Under the pieces are notes generated by a model that was not told the DNA's origin, searched no databases, and worked only from the letters and a program-made list of their open reading frames with translations. Shown piece after piece: positions 1-12,605 of a stretch of 64,000 nucleotides of DNA. The first letter of the stretch is position 1. Every line of letters begins with the position of its first letter. A program made the translations under genes and the position numbers. The DNA comes from the human T2T-CHM13v2.0 reference genome, Homo sapiens. Location of the stretch: NCBI RefSeq assembly GCF_009914755.1, contig NC_060936.1; one strand, 5' to 3'.

Positions 1-129
1 AGATGGTAATGCAAGTGATGGGGAGTGGCTGTAAATACAGATAAAGCTTCACTGGCTCACCTGCTGCTTACCTCCTGCTGTGTGTGGCCCGGTTCCTAAT
101 AGGCCACAGACCAGGGTTGGGGAGCCCTG
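1..129. mobile_element. MER1-type (hAT-Charlie) DNA transposon fragment, cut by window edge
   Basis: gatggggagtggctgtaaatacagat...cccggttcctaataggccacagaccagggttggggagccctg resembles the MER1B terminus. Confidence 0.7.
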
Positions 130-2273
130 CACTAGAAGTTTCATTTGATCTATGTGCTCACATCATCACAGAGAGTCAAAAAGACAGAGAAATAATCATT
201 TCCCTAATCAAAAACTGTAAGGTCCCTTCCTTTAGTCTGATTGAGGCAACTCAGGACATGTGTTTACCCTTGGATCAAACATTGTCATCAACAGGATCCT
301 GGGTTTATGCATCTTGGAGCTGGCAATTAGGTCAGCTTTTCTGAAGTACAAGGAAAAAGAGAAGAAATCTTAAATCAAATTAATGTTCTCTTGGGAATGA
401 GAAAGGGATTTGTATGTTTGTTTTCCAGGAGATTATTTTATTCTTTTTCTTCTCAGCATCTTGCTTCACCTTCTTTCTCTCCTAACCTGGCTCTCCCACT
501 CTGTGGTCCATGTTTCAGGACCCCGTATCTGACCAGTTTCCAACTCATCTTCACTTGGGAGTTGGCTGTGAAGAGACAGGCAAGTCTCTTCATCAAGCAG
601 GAGGAAAACATACAGCGGGAAGGAAATATGAAACGACCTCATTTCTAGTTTAACCCTTTGGATCTCCTTTGTACCACGTCTCCTTGGATGAGAAGAGTCT
701 CCCTCTCATCAGCACATTAAGGAATCTACCATACAACTTCAGTCTTCAGTATTGCCAAAGACTAGTAACCTATGCTCCAAGAGTTAATGACTATAAGTGC
801 ATCACTGAAGCCTGTAGAAAAAGGCCCTGATGCCTCCTGCCCTAATAATTTGTATGTGTTTATTTTTTTCCATTTGCAAGATAGAAAACAAACTGGTCTG
901 GTTACAACTAACCATAGATTTGCACCAACTATTAGAAATGGATTTTTTTATCATCAGTTTTTTTTCATGTTGTGTTCATGCTCATCCCTCAGATATTTAT
1001 GTTTCAGTCTTGGGTAATTTATTTCTATTTACTTTAAATTTCCTTATGAAATAGTTTCAATTATATCACAGGTTGTTATAAATAGTTGGTGTTAAATTAT
1101 ATAGAGGTATTACATTGCTACTTAATGCCTGCATTTGATGTGGTTATTACAATGGTGAAGCTATAGATCACCGTAGCAACAAAAACAAGAATTCATAGCC
1201 TGTTTCAAACATAAGAGGCTGAAAATATTTCATAGTTATTGAAAGCTGAGGTATGAAGCAATTTAAACATTTAGCTGCTGAGTAATTGGGATCTAGAAAT
1301 ACAGCAACCTAGATACTGAATTTTTAGAAGAGTCAATATTGAATAATAGCACAGGTCATTTACTTTTAATTGTCTAGCCATCTGAATGCTTGAGCATGTG
1401 AACAGTAACTTCACCCATGTAGCTTATTTATCTATGTTTCATAAACAGGCTACCTTCTGAGAGTTAATTGTGTGAACAGGAAAAGTCACTACCTAATAAA
1501 TTGATGTTCACTTTTACTGATAAATTTCCATAAGCATTGCCCAGGGCAGTGTTATCTTTGTCTCTATGGTAACCAATGCTATAAAGAGATAAAAGAATCA
1601 AAAGAGGGAATATCACCAGTATCATACATAAAATATATGCCTAGAATTATAGGAGATACCAGAAGATTATGCATTTTGGGGGGGATTCTTGTTTGACAGG
1701 ACACATAAATCACTTGTTGCTTTACTCATTCATAGAGCTAAAAATGTGAGATAGCACCTGTGTTCTCCTGCAAATATGTGTAAGACCAATTGATGACTAT
1801 GTGCTTCGAGAAGCTTCTTTGTACCATGTCTCCCTAGATAGGACGGGCGCCCTCTCTGATCAGCATGTTAAGGAATCTACCCTAACAAAAGGTTTGAAAA
1901 AGTTGGTTGGATTGGCTACATGCATAACTCGGGATCAGTTCTCTTCATGCATCTGCTAATACTCATGGTTCCTGAAAAAGACTTGATATGCTTGCTCTTT
2001 GGAAGAGGGGATTAGCTTTGACCCTTCTTCCACAGCTGTTCCAGTTCTGCTCCCAACTTTTTGAAAAATTATCTTCTGCAAATATGCCTCTTGTCATTAC
2101 CATTTTAGCTTCTCTCCTCCTGATTCTCTTCTGAGAAAGTACAAAGAAGAACATCTGTTGAGGCAGGAACACTCAGGAATGTTAGAAACATTGGAAACTT
2201 GGCAAGACATGCAGGAATGTTGAGTTAGGGGTAGGAGGAAGACTGGAAACACTCATATAGTGAAAAAAAAAAA

Positions 2274-2295
2274 ATATATATATATATATATATAT
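2274..2295. repeat. (TA)n microsatellite following an A run
   Basis: Direct read. Confidence 0.9.
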
Positions 2296-3084
2296 GATCT
2301 ATGTATAGATGGATGCAATTGCACCGTTATAAGGAGATGGTTAAGTGGTTTCACCTGTAGGAGTAAGGAATTTCCAAATAGAACAGAGTACCTCATTGCC
2401 TCTGTTGCAGAGATCCTCTGAGGAGGCATTATAGATATTTGGGCTGACATGACTCTACTGTCTGGGACTGTTCATTCACTTTAGTGTATTCAAAATCCCC
2501 TATCCCTATTCATGAAGTGCCAAAAGTGCTCTTGGGTTAGTGTAAAAATCACAAACTTCCCCAAGGACTTCCAAAACTTTCTGGGAGTTGAAATACTACC
2601 ATGGGGATGAGAACCAATAAAGGCAATTTAATAATTTAAACATGTCCTAAGAATCCAATATATCACTGACTTTTGGAGTGAAACATACGTTTGTCTAACT
2701 TATGTTTATCTGAGTATTTGAAAATCATCTTGCTATAATTCATCTCCACATAATCCCCATTTACCTAACCTGTGGGGCAGATGTGCTTAAAGAGCTGCAT
2801 TTGTCAAACTCTTGGGTGATCAAGACTTATCCTGCTTAGATTGAGGTCTGGTAGTCAGTCAAGGTCATGGTCAGTGTGTGTGTCTCCTGGTCCTGGCCAT
2901 CACTCATCTCTGCATGGAAAACTTGCTGGGAACGTATTGGTCACATGGCTTACCTGTGTTCTCAGCTCCAAGAAAAAGGAGATGTATCACAAAATAGACT
3001 TTGTCGAATTGAACATGTGTTTTCATTTTTTTTACTACAGTCAAGGCAGAAAGTGTTGGCAATAGAAGACTTACACACAGGCAG

Positions 3085-3086
<2 letters not shown>

Positions 3087-3114
<28 letters not shown>
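3087..3114. repeat. (CA)n microsatellite
   Basis: Direct read. Confidence 0.95.
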
Positions 3115-3116
<2 letters not shown>

Positions 3117-3249
3117 ACACAAAACATGCTGCCTTCCTGAAAACACATTTACACATTTGCATCATTTCTGGAGGAAGGTAGAGTAACACCAACCAGCTGC
3201 ATCTTCTTTGCTTCCAGTTGCTTCCCTTTAGATCAGCTCCACTGCAAAC

Positions 3250-3455
3250 TAGGTTCCAGTCCTGGCTTTGCTACTTAACCTGCTGTGGAACCTTGGTTAA
3301 ATGGTCAGCCTCTCTAAACCTTAGTTTTTTAAATCTGTGAATTGGGAATTAAAAATTTCTATGCAATAGACTTCATTCTAGGGAGAAAGTGATGAGATTT
3401 ATGCAAAACTCTTATCATAATAAAGTTTCAGTAATTGCTAACTATTATCATTAAT
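3250..3455 (+). mobile_element. MIR SINE remnant
   Basis: ggttccagtcctggctttgctactta...ccttggttaaat...cctctctaaaccttagttttttaaatctgtgaattggg resembles the MIR core. Confidence 0.6.
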
Positions 3456-3484
3456 ATTGTTATTTGAGGGGAATTCAAAAGAAA

Positions 3485-4080
3485 CTGAACTGTTTTAACT
3501 GAAGTGTAACATTCATATATTAACATGCCCAAATCTTGAGACTATACCTAGACGAAGATTTGTATAATGCTGTGCACCTATGTAACCCCTTCCAGAATAC
3601 TTAATTATTCAGAATATAGAATGTGAACAGAATATCAGAATGTTTCCCCATGCCTTCCCCACGAATTCCCAACTTCTACCTCTCCCTTCAGAGAAGGGGT
3701 GAGGATAATTAATCTCCAATAATTTTAGGTATTTTTGGAATTCATCTGGAGGGAATAATTCACTATAGATTATTTTGTGTTTGGCTTCTCCTGCTCTTTT
3801 TTTAATGTTTGGGAGATTTATGCATACTGCTCTTTGTAGAAATACTTCATTTCTATTGCTATATTCAGTTTTTGCTTTATTGCAATATTCAATAGTGTGA
3901 ACACTCTGTGATGTGTTCATTTGTTTTCTTATTTGTGGGCATTTTTGCTGTTTCCAGATGTGCCTTTTATGAAGAAATCACATTTTTTTTGAAGAACAAA
4001 TTTATCTTGGGGGTACACCTAGAAGGTGGACTTCTGAGTCAACAGATTGGTGTTGACTTGGATTTACTAGATGATATTGC
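3485..4080 (-). mobile_element. Old L1M (L1ME-like) 3' fragments
   Basis: T-rich degenerate antisense L1 3' sequence (tttgggagatttatgcatactg...gcaatattcaatagtgtga). Confidence 0.45.
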
Positions 4081-5939
4081 CACAAGTTGTTGGACATCCA
4101 AGGTAATTATATCTCAATTCAACAGTGACTTTCCACCTTCGAATTTTGTTTCTGCCAAAGGTGTTTTCTGGCTTTAAGTAGAAGAAACCATGATATTTGG
4201 CCTAGTTTTATATTCTTGGCCATCAGAGAAACCCATGGATACCTACTGTACTATAATAATCAATGAATATACAAATCAATTCATCTATCCTCTTTCTTTT
4301 CTTTCATGAAAAATCCTGCTTATAATGTTTGAACAACTGTTCCTCTTTATTACTTTACTTCCCGCTCTTCTAATATTTTGACATCTCCTAACATCCACTT
4401 TACTTCAGTCACTTTGCTGCAGAAAAGAAAACCTGTTGAAGGAAAAAAGAAATAATGAAAAAAAAGGCAACTTATGAACTCATTGTGCTGTGTTTCAGTC
4501 TCACCTTTCAAAGTCTCAATCAAACAACACCATTAAAATTTTCATGTTCATTGTTGTGATTGCTTTCACACCCCCTCCCGGAAGGCTGCAGTTTCAGAAA
4601 GTGTAATCCTTGCCTTGCAACCTCCACACCCACCTACGTTAGCCTTCTCCTGTAATAAAGCAAAACAAGTTCTGACAGCTTGTCCTTTATCCCAGTGGCT
4701 GAATCAGGGCTCTCAATCGGTTCTGAAACATTCAAATTAGGAACTGCTGTGTCTTTGCTCTGGAGATCAATCGAAACACTTTCACAGAAGTGTAAAAATG
4801 AACCTCAGAATGGATAAACTCTAACAGAAGTCATAACCTTATCTTCTAGCAGCTCAAATTACTTTGTTTCTAAATCTCTGGACAAGAAAAACTATATTCT
4901 GGTTTAACAGAAGCATGAAATATGCCAACACATGTGCAAAAGTTTGAACTGATGGAGGGACAGAAAGAGAGTGGAAAGAGAGATGGATTCCCTGCAAGGG
5001 GTGTTAAAAATGTGTCGGGTTGGACACTGGAGTCTGGAAGACCTGTTATTATTTTTATTCCCTGCGCAAGTGGCAGCAGGTGAACTGTAGGACGCTGTCT
5101 CTTGTGCCGAGCTGATGGGTTGCAAAATTAAGAATCAGCGCCAGGCAGCCCATAGCAGAATTACAGATGGGTTTTTGGTGCTTCTCACAAAATGGAAACT
5201 ATGTAGATGGTTCCTGAAGACAGGATAGGAGCTGGTCTGATTATTAGCCGTTGCTTTTCTGAGCACCATACTCTAAGGGAAGATCATTAACAGCAGCAGA
5301 GATTTGGGGGCAGTTTTGTATTTTGCTTTTCTTAAACTTGAGTAACTATTAGGTAGGAGATTTCTAATCATGACAAAAACCTTGAAAATGAAATAAAACA
5401 CCCATATATTTCTCAATTTGAAAAGGATTTGGGAGTCAAATGTGAGCTACTGGAGGAGGAAGAGCAGAAGTTGCTTTTATTTTACCTGATGGTGCTTCTG
5501 TGACCTGCAGGATGTCTGTCATCTCATTCCACCCACAGTGACACTGAGTCACTGTAATGACTGAGAATGCTCTGGTTAGACAGGCATCAAGCATGTGCTG
5601 CAGCTGCACATGGACAGGCAGATCAGGGCACACAGGGATGAGCCCAGGTGAGAGGAATAGGAAAATTCTCTGAAGTCAGCACTGCCTGGTGGAGGACAGC
5701 ACGTGTTCTAGACAGAGTCTGGCCTGGGGAAATACACATTCTGCAGTGTTCTGGTTGAGGTGGGGCAGGGGCGGGGGTGTTACAGGAAAAAAAAAGCTCA
5801 CCATAGCTTTTTAAACCAATGGATTTCATGTGCCCCTGGGATGGAGCTGTCATGAGCTTTGTGGATTGTCTTTGCTCAGGACTCAGTAAAACTGAATCAG
5901 GGTTTGGTACTGACTGGCTGGCATCAGGACAAGGCAGCA

Positions 5940-6160
5940 GGGTGCAGTGGTGATGAGCGCCTGCTCTGAAAACAGACAGGCCTGGGCTCCGGCGCCAGCA
6001 CTGCCCTGTGACCTGTGTCATCCAGTGTGCTATGTAACCAGTCTGGGCCTCACCATCCTGAGCTGTAACTTGTAAGTACCTCATAAGATTGGTGCAATGG
6101 TTAAATTGGGAAGTGAGTGTAAAGTGCTTCTTAGAATGCCTGGAACATAGTGAATCCTCC
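5940..6160 (+). mobile_element. MIR SINE remnant
   Basis: cctgggctccggcgccagcactgccctgtgacc...taaagtgcttcttagaatgcctggaacatagt. Confidence 0.55.
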
Positions 6161-6676
6161 AAAGACTGCCCGTTTGGTGGATAGACATTGCTTGTTTTGA
6201 CTGAAAGATGTCATAGATCAGAAACACCCCTGACAGCAGGGATGCTCAGGCTGGAACACGATTGATCCTCCAGCAACCCAGGCAGCTGAACTGAAGTTAG
6301 AGGTGGAGAAACAGAGCCTTGATGTCCAGGTAAAAAGTGAAGGAAAGCTCCTCTGATGAAGGGGCCATGGAAGGAGTGCCGCTTGCTGCCTGTTCTAATT
6401 GGAAAAGCCACCGATGACTAGAAAGACTTTGCTTTTTGAGTCTAGTGATTTCATCTTGTCCATAATACAGCCGTCAATTTATCTAGGTCTGCGTGCTTAG
6501 ATTTCTTTTCGTTGAGTCCTTTGCTACAAAGTAAATTTGACTGTAATGTGTAGAGTTGACTTCTTTTCATTTTTCTCAGGTCTCTTCTCTTGCTGTTCCT
6601 GATGGCTTCTGATTAAGGCTGTCATCTTTTAGGGATGACTCAAGGTCACTGTATATTCTTCAAAAAACAAACCAAA

Positions 6677-6978
6677 GGCCGGGAGCGGTAGCTCACGCCT
6701 GTAATCCCAGCACTTTGGGAGGTCGAGGTGGGCAGATCACAAGGTCAGCAGTTCTAGACCAGCCTGACCAACATGGTGAAACCCCGTCTCTCTAAAAACA
6801 CAAAAATTAGCCAGGCGTGGTGGCATGCACCTGTAATCCCAGCTACTCAGGAGGCTGAGGCAGGAGAATCACTTGAACCCATGCGGCAGAGGTTGCAGTG
6901 AGCCAAGATCGTACCACTACACTCCAGCCTGGGTGACAGAGCAAGACTCCATCTAAAGAAAAAAAAAAAAAAAAAAAA
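6677..6978 (+). mobile_element. Alu (AluS, Sg/Sc-like), full length
   Basis: ggccgggagcggtagctcacgcctgtaatcccagc... two arms and poly(A) tail. Confidence 0.95.
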
Positions 6979-6984
6979 CAGAAA

Positions 6985-7240
6985 AATAAACTTTTGGATA
7001 CAATTGTAAGTTAATGCGCAGTTGTGAGAAATAATACAGAAAGATCCCATCTACCTTTTCATCCTACTTTCTCCAGTGATAATATCTTTCCTAACTATAC
7101 TACAATTAATAACACAACCAGAAATTGTCATTGATACTATTTCTCTAACTTATGCAGATTTCATCAGGTTTACTTTCACATGTGTAGACGTCTATGTGTC
7201 ATTCTGTAAGATTTTGTCACAGGTGTAGATTTTTGTACTG
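6985..7240 (-). mobile_element. Old L1M 3' end fragment
   Basis: gcagttgtgagaaataatacagaaagatccc...cacaaccagaaattgtcattgatac is typical of an antisense L1MC/MD 3' end. Confidence 0.5.
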
Positions 7241-7745
7241 TCTTTTAAGATTGTACCTTTTTTTAATGAGTGAAAAAATGTGCCTCAGAAAGGGATCTAT
7301 TCAAATACAAGAATTATTGCCTACGTCATTATCTCCAAAGAAAATCTGTAATAATGAAAACCTTGTCTTACGGTTTCAGCTGCTACAATCTCTCATATAG
7401 CTTCTCTAAGAGAAGCCTGAAACACAACTCCAAGGCAATCTACAAGCCCTCTGTGGTCTGGAGGTCACCACAGAAATATCCCTGGCTGCCACTGTCTTGG
7501 GAGTTATATAATAAGCCATGTAGGTCAACTTCAGCAATCCACTCAGACCCCAGCATGCTCCTGGCAATCTGGAGAGAGGAGAGGCACGATTAAGGAGAAA
7601 TGTATCCACATTTACTACACTATGCTCCTAGTATCCTTTAAGTTTTTTAATCTTCATTTAAAGCTTTGTTGAAGTACAATTGACATTAAAAATGCAAATA
7701 TTTAAAATAAAGTGTACAATTTGATGAGGGTGGACATATGCATAT

Positions 7746-8327
7746 TGATACAGGATTTTCTTCTCAGTCATTTAGCAAGCCAAGGACCTCTGGCTGGCCA
7801 TGATCCGCCCCCAGGCCTCACTTGATCAAGCTACCTGCTGTAGGAGACAGCCCACCCACTCAGCCTGCCCCGCTGAGTGTGGCTTGTGCAACAGTAACTG
7901 AGTTCTTGTCCCACGCCCAAGATGAATGAGGATGCACTGACAATCAAAGAGTGAACAAGGCGGGGAGTTTTATTGAGTGATAAAAGAGCTTTCAGTGGAG
8001 AGGGAATGCAGGGGTGGTGCCCCTACCCGAAGGTGGGAAAGTCTACCCAATATGGCTGAATCCAGGGTTTTTTATGGACTCAGAAAGGGGAAGGGGCAGG
8101 CCATAGGTAGTATTGGAAGAGGCAACATTCAATGGGTTAAAAGGCATTAATCAGAAAGAATCAATTGGGCAAGGGTGGGCAAATAGGAACAGAAGTTCTC
8201 ACTCTGGGTTACAGGTTTCATCCAAATCTGGTCCTTTAGCCTTCATGCTGTTGTTGGCCTGAGGGTGGGGTTTCACCAGGGATCCACCCCATCTGTGTAG
8301 GCATTTGGTTCCCTCTTGTTGCTATCA
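7746..8327 (-). mobile_element. ERV1 solo LTR (MER52/LTR27/LTR28-related family)
   Basis: TG...CA termini; minus strand starts tgatagcaacaagagggaaccaaatgcct...ggtgaaaccccacc; 4-bp TSD ATAT at 7742-7745 and 8328-8331; subfamily uncertain. Confidence 0.8.
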
Positions 8328-9164
8328 ATATGGCTATAATGAATATATTGTTTTTGTTTTTTATGTAATGTTTTATGTCATCAAATTGATTACATAATTT
8401 AAGTAACTGTTGATTGAGAAACCTACTACAATAAAGTGTGAGTAGTTTTTACATTTAATAGTCTTCAATGTTACCAATAGATGATATATTTAATAGAGCC
8501 ATTTATCCCCAAAGATAATTTATCAAATAATAGCAGATAGTGATGGATAAAGCTCTCCAGAAGATGTTTTTATGCAACTGAGTTTTCCACCATGCTAGGT
8601 ATTTTTATTAGTTCAGGGGAAAGAACTGGGCAGTGGAAACTGTATTCACTTGGACTAAACAGAGACGTTGTAGGCTATTGAAGACTGGCCAGGATGGAGG
8701 AGTTGAACTTCTGATAAAACTAATATGTAGACTTTTACAAACAATATTCACTAGAATAAAGTGAGTGCAAGGTTGTTTAATGAAAAAGTGACCTGTCAGT
8801 ATCCTATTTCACCATAATGAATGTATTAACTAGCTTTATGTAAAATGTGGCACCAGACAGCTCACATCAGCAGGCAGTCAGTCTGCTTTCTCTGAGGTTT
8901 CTAATACCAAAGACACAACTAAATAGGAGCCAGATCTTCTGTATCCCCTTCCTATCCAGGGAAAGAAGGGGGAGATGCAGCCAAAGAACCTTCCAATATA
9001 TCTTAAAATAATGACTTACCAGGTTAAACTTTGGACCTTTACTCCACTAAATAAACCTGAAATCAGTTCCTGGAGTTTGACAAAAGCACCAGGTCCAGGG
9101 CCGACTCATTGAGAATTGATCCTCTGATTGATGATAATTTTACCATCAATGCTCTAAAAATCAG

Positions 9165-9746
9165 TGAAACTGCCTTTGCAATAATTATAACAGAGAGAAA
9201 ATTTAAACAGTGGGGCAGATCTGATCATCCAAACTCCCTCTTGCTTTTGGCCTTCAAGCTGCCTTAATTATTCCTGGGTTTAGGCTGGGCTAGCTTTGGT
9301 AGACATTTAGTTTATAGTTTAAATGATAATAGCCTTTCCCTAAAATTCAACTGCCTTTGGAAAACTAATGAGAAACCACCAGTCTAGGAGAATAGCGGGA
9401 ACTGAATTCTGCTAAGTGTAGACATAAATGATTGCCAGCCATTATTCCAGAGGGCACAAGATATGCAACTTCCCCAATTACTCCTACAGATAACATCCCT
9501 ACCGTAGAAGCTAAGATTGGCATTTTGAGATATCTTTGCAGATTTTTTTGCATGTCTGACACTGATGATGGCTCCACCTGGACCCACCAACCACTCCTGT
9601 AGCCCCACCTAGAAGTGATTCAGCCACAGGGGGATCAATGAGTCCCTGCTGCTGATTGCTTGGGGGTGCAATTATAGGGTGATTACACTCCCAATCAATC
9701 AGCAGTAAGCACCCACTGCCTAGCCACTCCTACCCCTTCCCCAAAC
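9165..9746 (+). mobile_element. LTR8-family (LTR8B-like) solo LTR, 5' part, split by MER61 provirus
   Basis: Starts tgaaactgcctttgca; left TSD TCAG at 9161-9164 matches TCAG at 24522-24525. Confidence 0.8.
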
Positions 9747-10100
9747 TGTTAGTGGTGGAGGCTGTGAGGTTCTTGGCATCTTGAACAAAGAATTGGACAA
9801 AACACCAAAACAAAGCAAGGAAGGAACGAAGGGTTTTCTTGAAAATGAAAGTACACTACACAGTGTGGGAGCAGCCTGAGAATAGGGGCTCAAAGGCCCC
9901 ATTACAGAATTTTGGGGAGCTTAAATACCCCCTAGAGGATTCCACTGATTATTTTGGGTACTCCCTATGTAAATGGAGAGGATGAAGTAAAGTAACAAAG
10001 ACATTTACTGTATATATGCTATGGAGAGGGCATTTCCGTTATAGCTGAAGTGTGAATCAGCCTTATGTTCCCTGCCTCCAGACCCTATTTTCCTGCCTCA
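9747..10100 (-). mobile_element. MER61 3' LTR
   Basis: Minus strand tgaggcaggaaaatagggtctggaggcagggaacataagg...ccaccactaaca; poly(A) signal reads AAGAAA in this copy. Confidence 0.9.
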
Positions 10101-10903
10101 TTTCCCCCTGAGAGTTGTGATCCCCACAAATCTTTATGGGAGGCAGAGGCACCTATGGTCTTTTTTCTGTAACTGCTTCATGCTGACTTGGGGTGTAGTC
10201 CCTACCTATTGGGGACCATGGAACACTTGCTCTGCTCTGTCTAGTGGAGGCAGGGTAGCTTCTTGATGGCCAGGGGTGGTGTCTTCAACTGGAACTGCCT
10301 AGAGCCTTTGTTGCATGATCATCTGAAGCTTGATGGTCTCTAGGCGAGAGGGAATGAATTTGGTGAAAAGATTTAATGGGAACTTCAGGGGATGGATACC
10401 TATACAGTCAGAAATGTTTGTTACAGAGATTTGCAGGAGAAAAAACAAAACCTGGTCTGTTCTAGAATCTATGTGTTTCCTTAAAGCCTTAGCACGAATG
10501 ACTCCATTTTGTTTGGCTTGGTTTGTTGGGGCCTAGTGCATGAGCTCAGTCCAAAACAATGGCCTCCCATATTTTGTTTAAAAAATATCTCTTCTTTTTG
10601 GTCAGGCTCTCACTTAGGTGAGAGTGTAACCAATACTTAGGGCCTTAGCACCACTCTCAATTACCATCATTTTGGGTTTCCGGTCTCAGCACGTCATTTA
10701 TAGGTTACGGTGTCCTCATGGTTGCACACTTCTTTCAGCTCCTGTTATTCCAGGTGAAGAGAAACCGTATGACATTCTAGAGATGGCTGCATGCAAACAT
10801 TCACAACCTTTGAGAGAATATAATGCGCCTTGGAGACTATTGTTATGAATATTAGGAGGGTAATAGCAAGAGTTTGGAGTATGTTCCTTATCCAAGGTCC
10901 CCA

Positions 10904-11410
10904 TTTTAGAAATAACCCTCAAAATCCTAAGGAAATTGAACACTCAAACAAAGGATTCTTAGCAAAGCAATTTTACTTCTGTGCAGAGGGGTGCCCCCTT
11001 GGCCAGTCGCCATGAGAACACACCTGAACAAAGGGGCACGAGAGCCTTTATTCCTAATGCAATTCCTGCCCCTGTACCCTTTCCCCATTGGCTAGGGTTG
11101 GTTTGTATAATCTAAACTAATCCCGGTTGGGTAAATATTTGATTTTTTTTAGATAAGGTGGGCACATAAAAGAAAGCAGAGAGGAAAGGGGAAGGGGTGT
11201 CTGTAATGAGCTAGGAAGTTAGTCGTCTTTCCAAATAAGGAAAGGAATGTGAGCTGCTACTGATAATGCCTGTTACTGTGGTGTGCCTGGGCATCTAACA
11301 AAGGCAAAAAGGAAATAAAAAAGGAGAAAAAGGTAAAAGGGGGGTTACTATGAATTAAAGAATAAAAGATTGATCGGGTTATTTGAAGAGAAATCTCATC
11401 ATATCCCACA
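10904..11410 (-). mobile_element. LTR10F-like (HERV-I/HERVIP10) solo LTR nested in MER61 internal region
   Basis: Minus strand starts tgtgggatatgatgagatttctcttcaaataa; 4-bp TSD CCCA at 10900-10903 and 11411-11414. Confidence 0.8.
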
Positions 11411-12605
11411 CCCATAAATTAAACCTCCTAAAATCAAATGGATCAAAGAATGAACTAGATAAAGAGTTTACTCACTTAACTAAGCAGTCTCTTTGTTAAT
11501 CCCCTACCACTGAATTTCTATAATCTTCATTTGATGTATTTCTCCATAGGCCACAAGTGCCAGCAGCTGCACACATACTCTTTGTTCAGCCAATTCTATC
11601 ATAACTTTCACCTAAGAATTTAGAGTTTGTTGTGTAACTGTAGCCTTTACAGTAGAATTTTCTATAGAGCCTACCATGAGGGATATATTTCTAATCATTG
11701 CTTCTTTTACTTTAAACCATGGAAAAGGACCTAAAAAATGATGTCCTTTTAGAAGAGTGAAGGCCTTCTGTTAATGTTGTTTTTAACCCATGATGTGGGT
11801 TAAGAGGAGTGAATCAATGTTTTGGTTTTGACTGATTATGAGGCAACATATGTACATATGAGGCAACATTAAAGTTTCTTATTTACATTGTGCCTTCATC
11901 ATTTATCTATCAAAGTTTAAGGTTATCCATGTATAAGGATGGCTGCAAACTCCTTCACAAAAGTACACCCCATTAGTGCACATAACAGACCCCGTTTCCA
12001 CTTCTATTGTTCATAGAGGCATAAGCAAGAAAAAACATTCAAAGATCAGAGTTTTGTGACAGTAGAAGTCTTAATCTGTGAACTTGGGAAAAGCTGTTCA
12101 CATCAAGGATGCCATCTTCTTCTTGGGAGAAATTTCCCTGGTTAGCTTTACCTCAAGGGTTCCAATGGGTGCACAGTTCCAAAACGGTGGATGAACCCTT
12201 CTCAGTTGTGAAACCATGAACCCGAAGCCCAAAGTCCTGAAGTTTTGTTATAGTATGGATGGCAAGGACAGTCTTTCTCTGATGTTTCCAGAAGATTCAA
12301 ACCATAGAAAGCTTTCTTCACCTGGTGAAAATACACTGTAGCATAATAATCTACCATTATAACACCAGCCCTCTTGCAGGAGAAATCTATTAGACAACCA
12401 GAAAACATGCACTGAAAATTACAATTGAATGAAATATCTTTATAAAATGTTTAATGGCCCACCTGGTGACCAAATGCACCTGAAGCTTTAATTGTTTTCC
12501 CAGGAATATGGGGTCAAGCATTGGTTATAAACTATTTTAAACAATTCTGGTATTAGCTGGTTTAACAGTATTTTCTTGATATTTAATAATTTTTGGTTTT
12601 ACTTG

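Noticed and set aside
487-565. Possible 79-nt minus-strand exon (cctgtctcttcacag acceptor, gttagg donor)
   Set aside because: Splice-like signals only; the translations resemble no protein I recognise and no partner exons are identifiable.
5623-6162. 179-aa minus-strand ORF
   Set aside because: Overlaps a MIR remnant, has a non-ATG start and no recognisable domain.
11270-11300. p53 response element in the LTR10-like LTR
   Set aside because: gtgtgcctgggcatct deviates from RRRCWWGYYY at core positions in both half-sites.
11849-11869. Short duplication of atgaggcaacat near 11838-11869
   Set aside because: Ordinary small tandem duplication in decayed ERV sequence.
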